Positions 18,583 to 20,000 of a DNA stretch of 20,000 bases are shown here, piece after piece. The notes below the pieces were generated by a model. The model ran no database searches. It was not told the DNA's origin and was given only the letters and a program-made list of their open reading frames with translations. The number at the start of each line of letters is the position of its first letter. The first letter of the stretch is position 1. The translations under genes and the position numbers were made by a program. This DNA comes from Chiloscyllium plagiosum (lineage: Eukaryota): the NCBI RefSeq assembly GCF_004010195.1, contig NC_057720.1:24529554-24549553 (forward strand), given 5' to 3'.

Positions 18583-18648
18583 CTAAATCTTTCTGCAGCC
18601 TCCCCACCTCCTCAGTACTACCTGCCTGTCTGCCTAACTTTGTATCAT

Positions 18649-18962
18649 TAGATTAGATTCCCTACAGTGTGGAAATAGGCCTTTCAGCCCAACAAGTCCA
18701 CACTGACCCTCTGAAGAGTAACCCACCCAGATCCATTTCCCTCTGACTAATGCACCTAACACGACAGGCAATTTAGCATGGCCAATTCACCTGACCTGCA
18801 CATCTTTGGATTGTGGGAGGAAACCGGAGCACCCAGAGGAAATCCACGCAGACACAAGGGGAACGTGCAAACTCCACACAGACAGTCGCCAGAGGCAGAA
18901 ATTGAACCCGGGTCCCTGGCAATGTGAGGCAGCAGTGCTAACCATTGAGCCACCATGCCACC
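18649..18962 (-). mobile_element. HE1-type V-SINE, full length
   Basis: tRNA head (tggctcaatgg A-box, gggttcaattt B-box), V-domain gtgtggagtttgcacgttcccc..gtctgcgtggatttcctctgggtgctccggtttcctccc, CR1-like tail ending (tctaa)n. Confidence 0.92.
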
Positions 18963-20000
18963 TCATCTGCAAGGTTCAGCAGAATGTCACCAGTCCCTTC
19001 ATCCAGATCATTAATACATAAAGTGAACAGCTGCAGCCCCAACACTGAACTCTGAAAAAGTTCTGAAAAAGAATCTTTTATCCCAACTCTCTGTCTTCTG
19101 TCAGACAGCTAATCCTCAATCCATGCCAGTAGCTCATCTCATACACCATGGGCCCTCAACTTACTCAGCAGCCTCCTGTGAGGCACCCTATCAAAGGCCT
19201 TTTGGAAGTCTAGATAAATAACATTCACTAAGTTTCCCTGGTCTAACCTATTTGTTACCTCTTCAATTAATTCTAACAGGTTTGTGAGGCACAACCTCCC
19301 CTTACTAAATCCATGCTGACTTGTTTCAATCTGACCCTGCACTTCCAAGAATTTAGAAATTTCATCCTTAACGAGAGATTTTAGAATTTTACCGACAACC
19401 GAGGTTAGGCTAATCGGACTATAATTTTCCATCTTTTGTTTTGATCCTTTTTTGAACAAGGGGATTACAACAGCAATTTTTCAATCATCTGGGACTTTCC
19501 CTGACTCCAGTAACTTTTGAAAGATCACAACCAATGCCTCTGCTATTTCCTCAGCCACCTCCCTCAGAACTCTAGAATGTAGCCCATCTGGGCCACAAGA
19601 TTTATCAGTTTTTAGACCTTTTAGCTTTTCTAGCATTTTCTCTTTTGTAATGGCTACCATACTCAACTCAGCCCCCGACTCTCCGTAATTGTTGGGATAT
19701 TACTCATGTCTTCCACTGAGAAGGCTGACGCAAAGTACTTATTAAGTTCTTCAGCTCTTATCCTTATCTCCCATCACTAGGCTTCCTGCATCAATTTGGA
19801 GCTGCCCAATTTCTACTTTTGCTTCTCGTTTGTTTCTTATGTATTGAAAGAAACATTTACAATCATTTTTAATATTACTGCCTAGCTTACCTTCACAATT
19901 GATCCTCTCCTTCCTTATTTCTCTCTTTCTTATCCTCTGTTTGTTTCTGTAGTCTTCCCAATTTTCTGATTTCCCAGTGCTCTTGGCCACTTTATAGGCT

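Larger units (their letters stand above)
17493..20000 (-). mobile_element. Long CR1 LINE ORF2 (reverse transcriptase) fragment, disrupted, running past the window end, with two nested insertions
   Basis: RT motifs GPDGLH, YSPISLTSVVGKIL, VIYLDFQKAFDRVPH, SVLG.QLF..INDL, ADD; C-terminal LYKALVRPHLEYCVQFWAP; tail (ttatggt)n; multiple stops and frameshifts. Confidence 0.96.

Noticed and set aside
18393..18656. Twin ORFs MCCWKSAAGQAASREQENR on both strands
   Set aside because: Artefact of the palindrome; no protein features.
18880..18962. tRNA gene
   Set aside because: The tRNA-like head continues into the V-SINE core and tail, so it is a SINE.
17567..19990. Active reverse transcriptase gene
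   Set aside because: Broken by stops, frameshifts and two nested insertions; a dead CR1 copy.

Overview
Eukaryotic genomic DNA, most likely from a cartilaginous fish (inferred from an HE1-type V-SINE and abundant CR1 LINEs). The window holds the last eight coding exons of a minus-strand AP-1 adaptor mu subunit gene, all with GT-AG junctions that splice in frame (148, 127, 143, 72, 159, 126 and 76 nt plus a 26-nt terminal coding piece, ending ...YITQSGDYQLRTNQ*). The upstream exons lie beyond position 20000. The protein mixes mu1A-type and mu1B-type residues and fits best with the third paralogue mu1C/ap1m3. Introns are filled with decayed CR1 LINE fragments and tRNA-derived SINEs. The most notable structure is a set of four short (107-241 bp) insertions, each bounded by a 13-17 bp target-site duplication. 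Two are near-perfect palindromes (92-bp and 103-bp arms, 1-nt centre) carrying minimal type I hammerhead ribozyme motifs (CUGANGA-stem II-GAAA with a palindromic stem III). This is consistent with non-autonomous remnants of Penelope-like element termini. Most ORFs in the supplied track are spurious or are repeat fragments.
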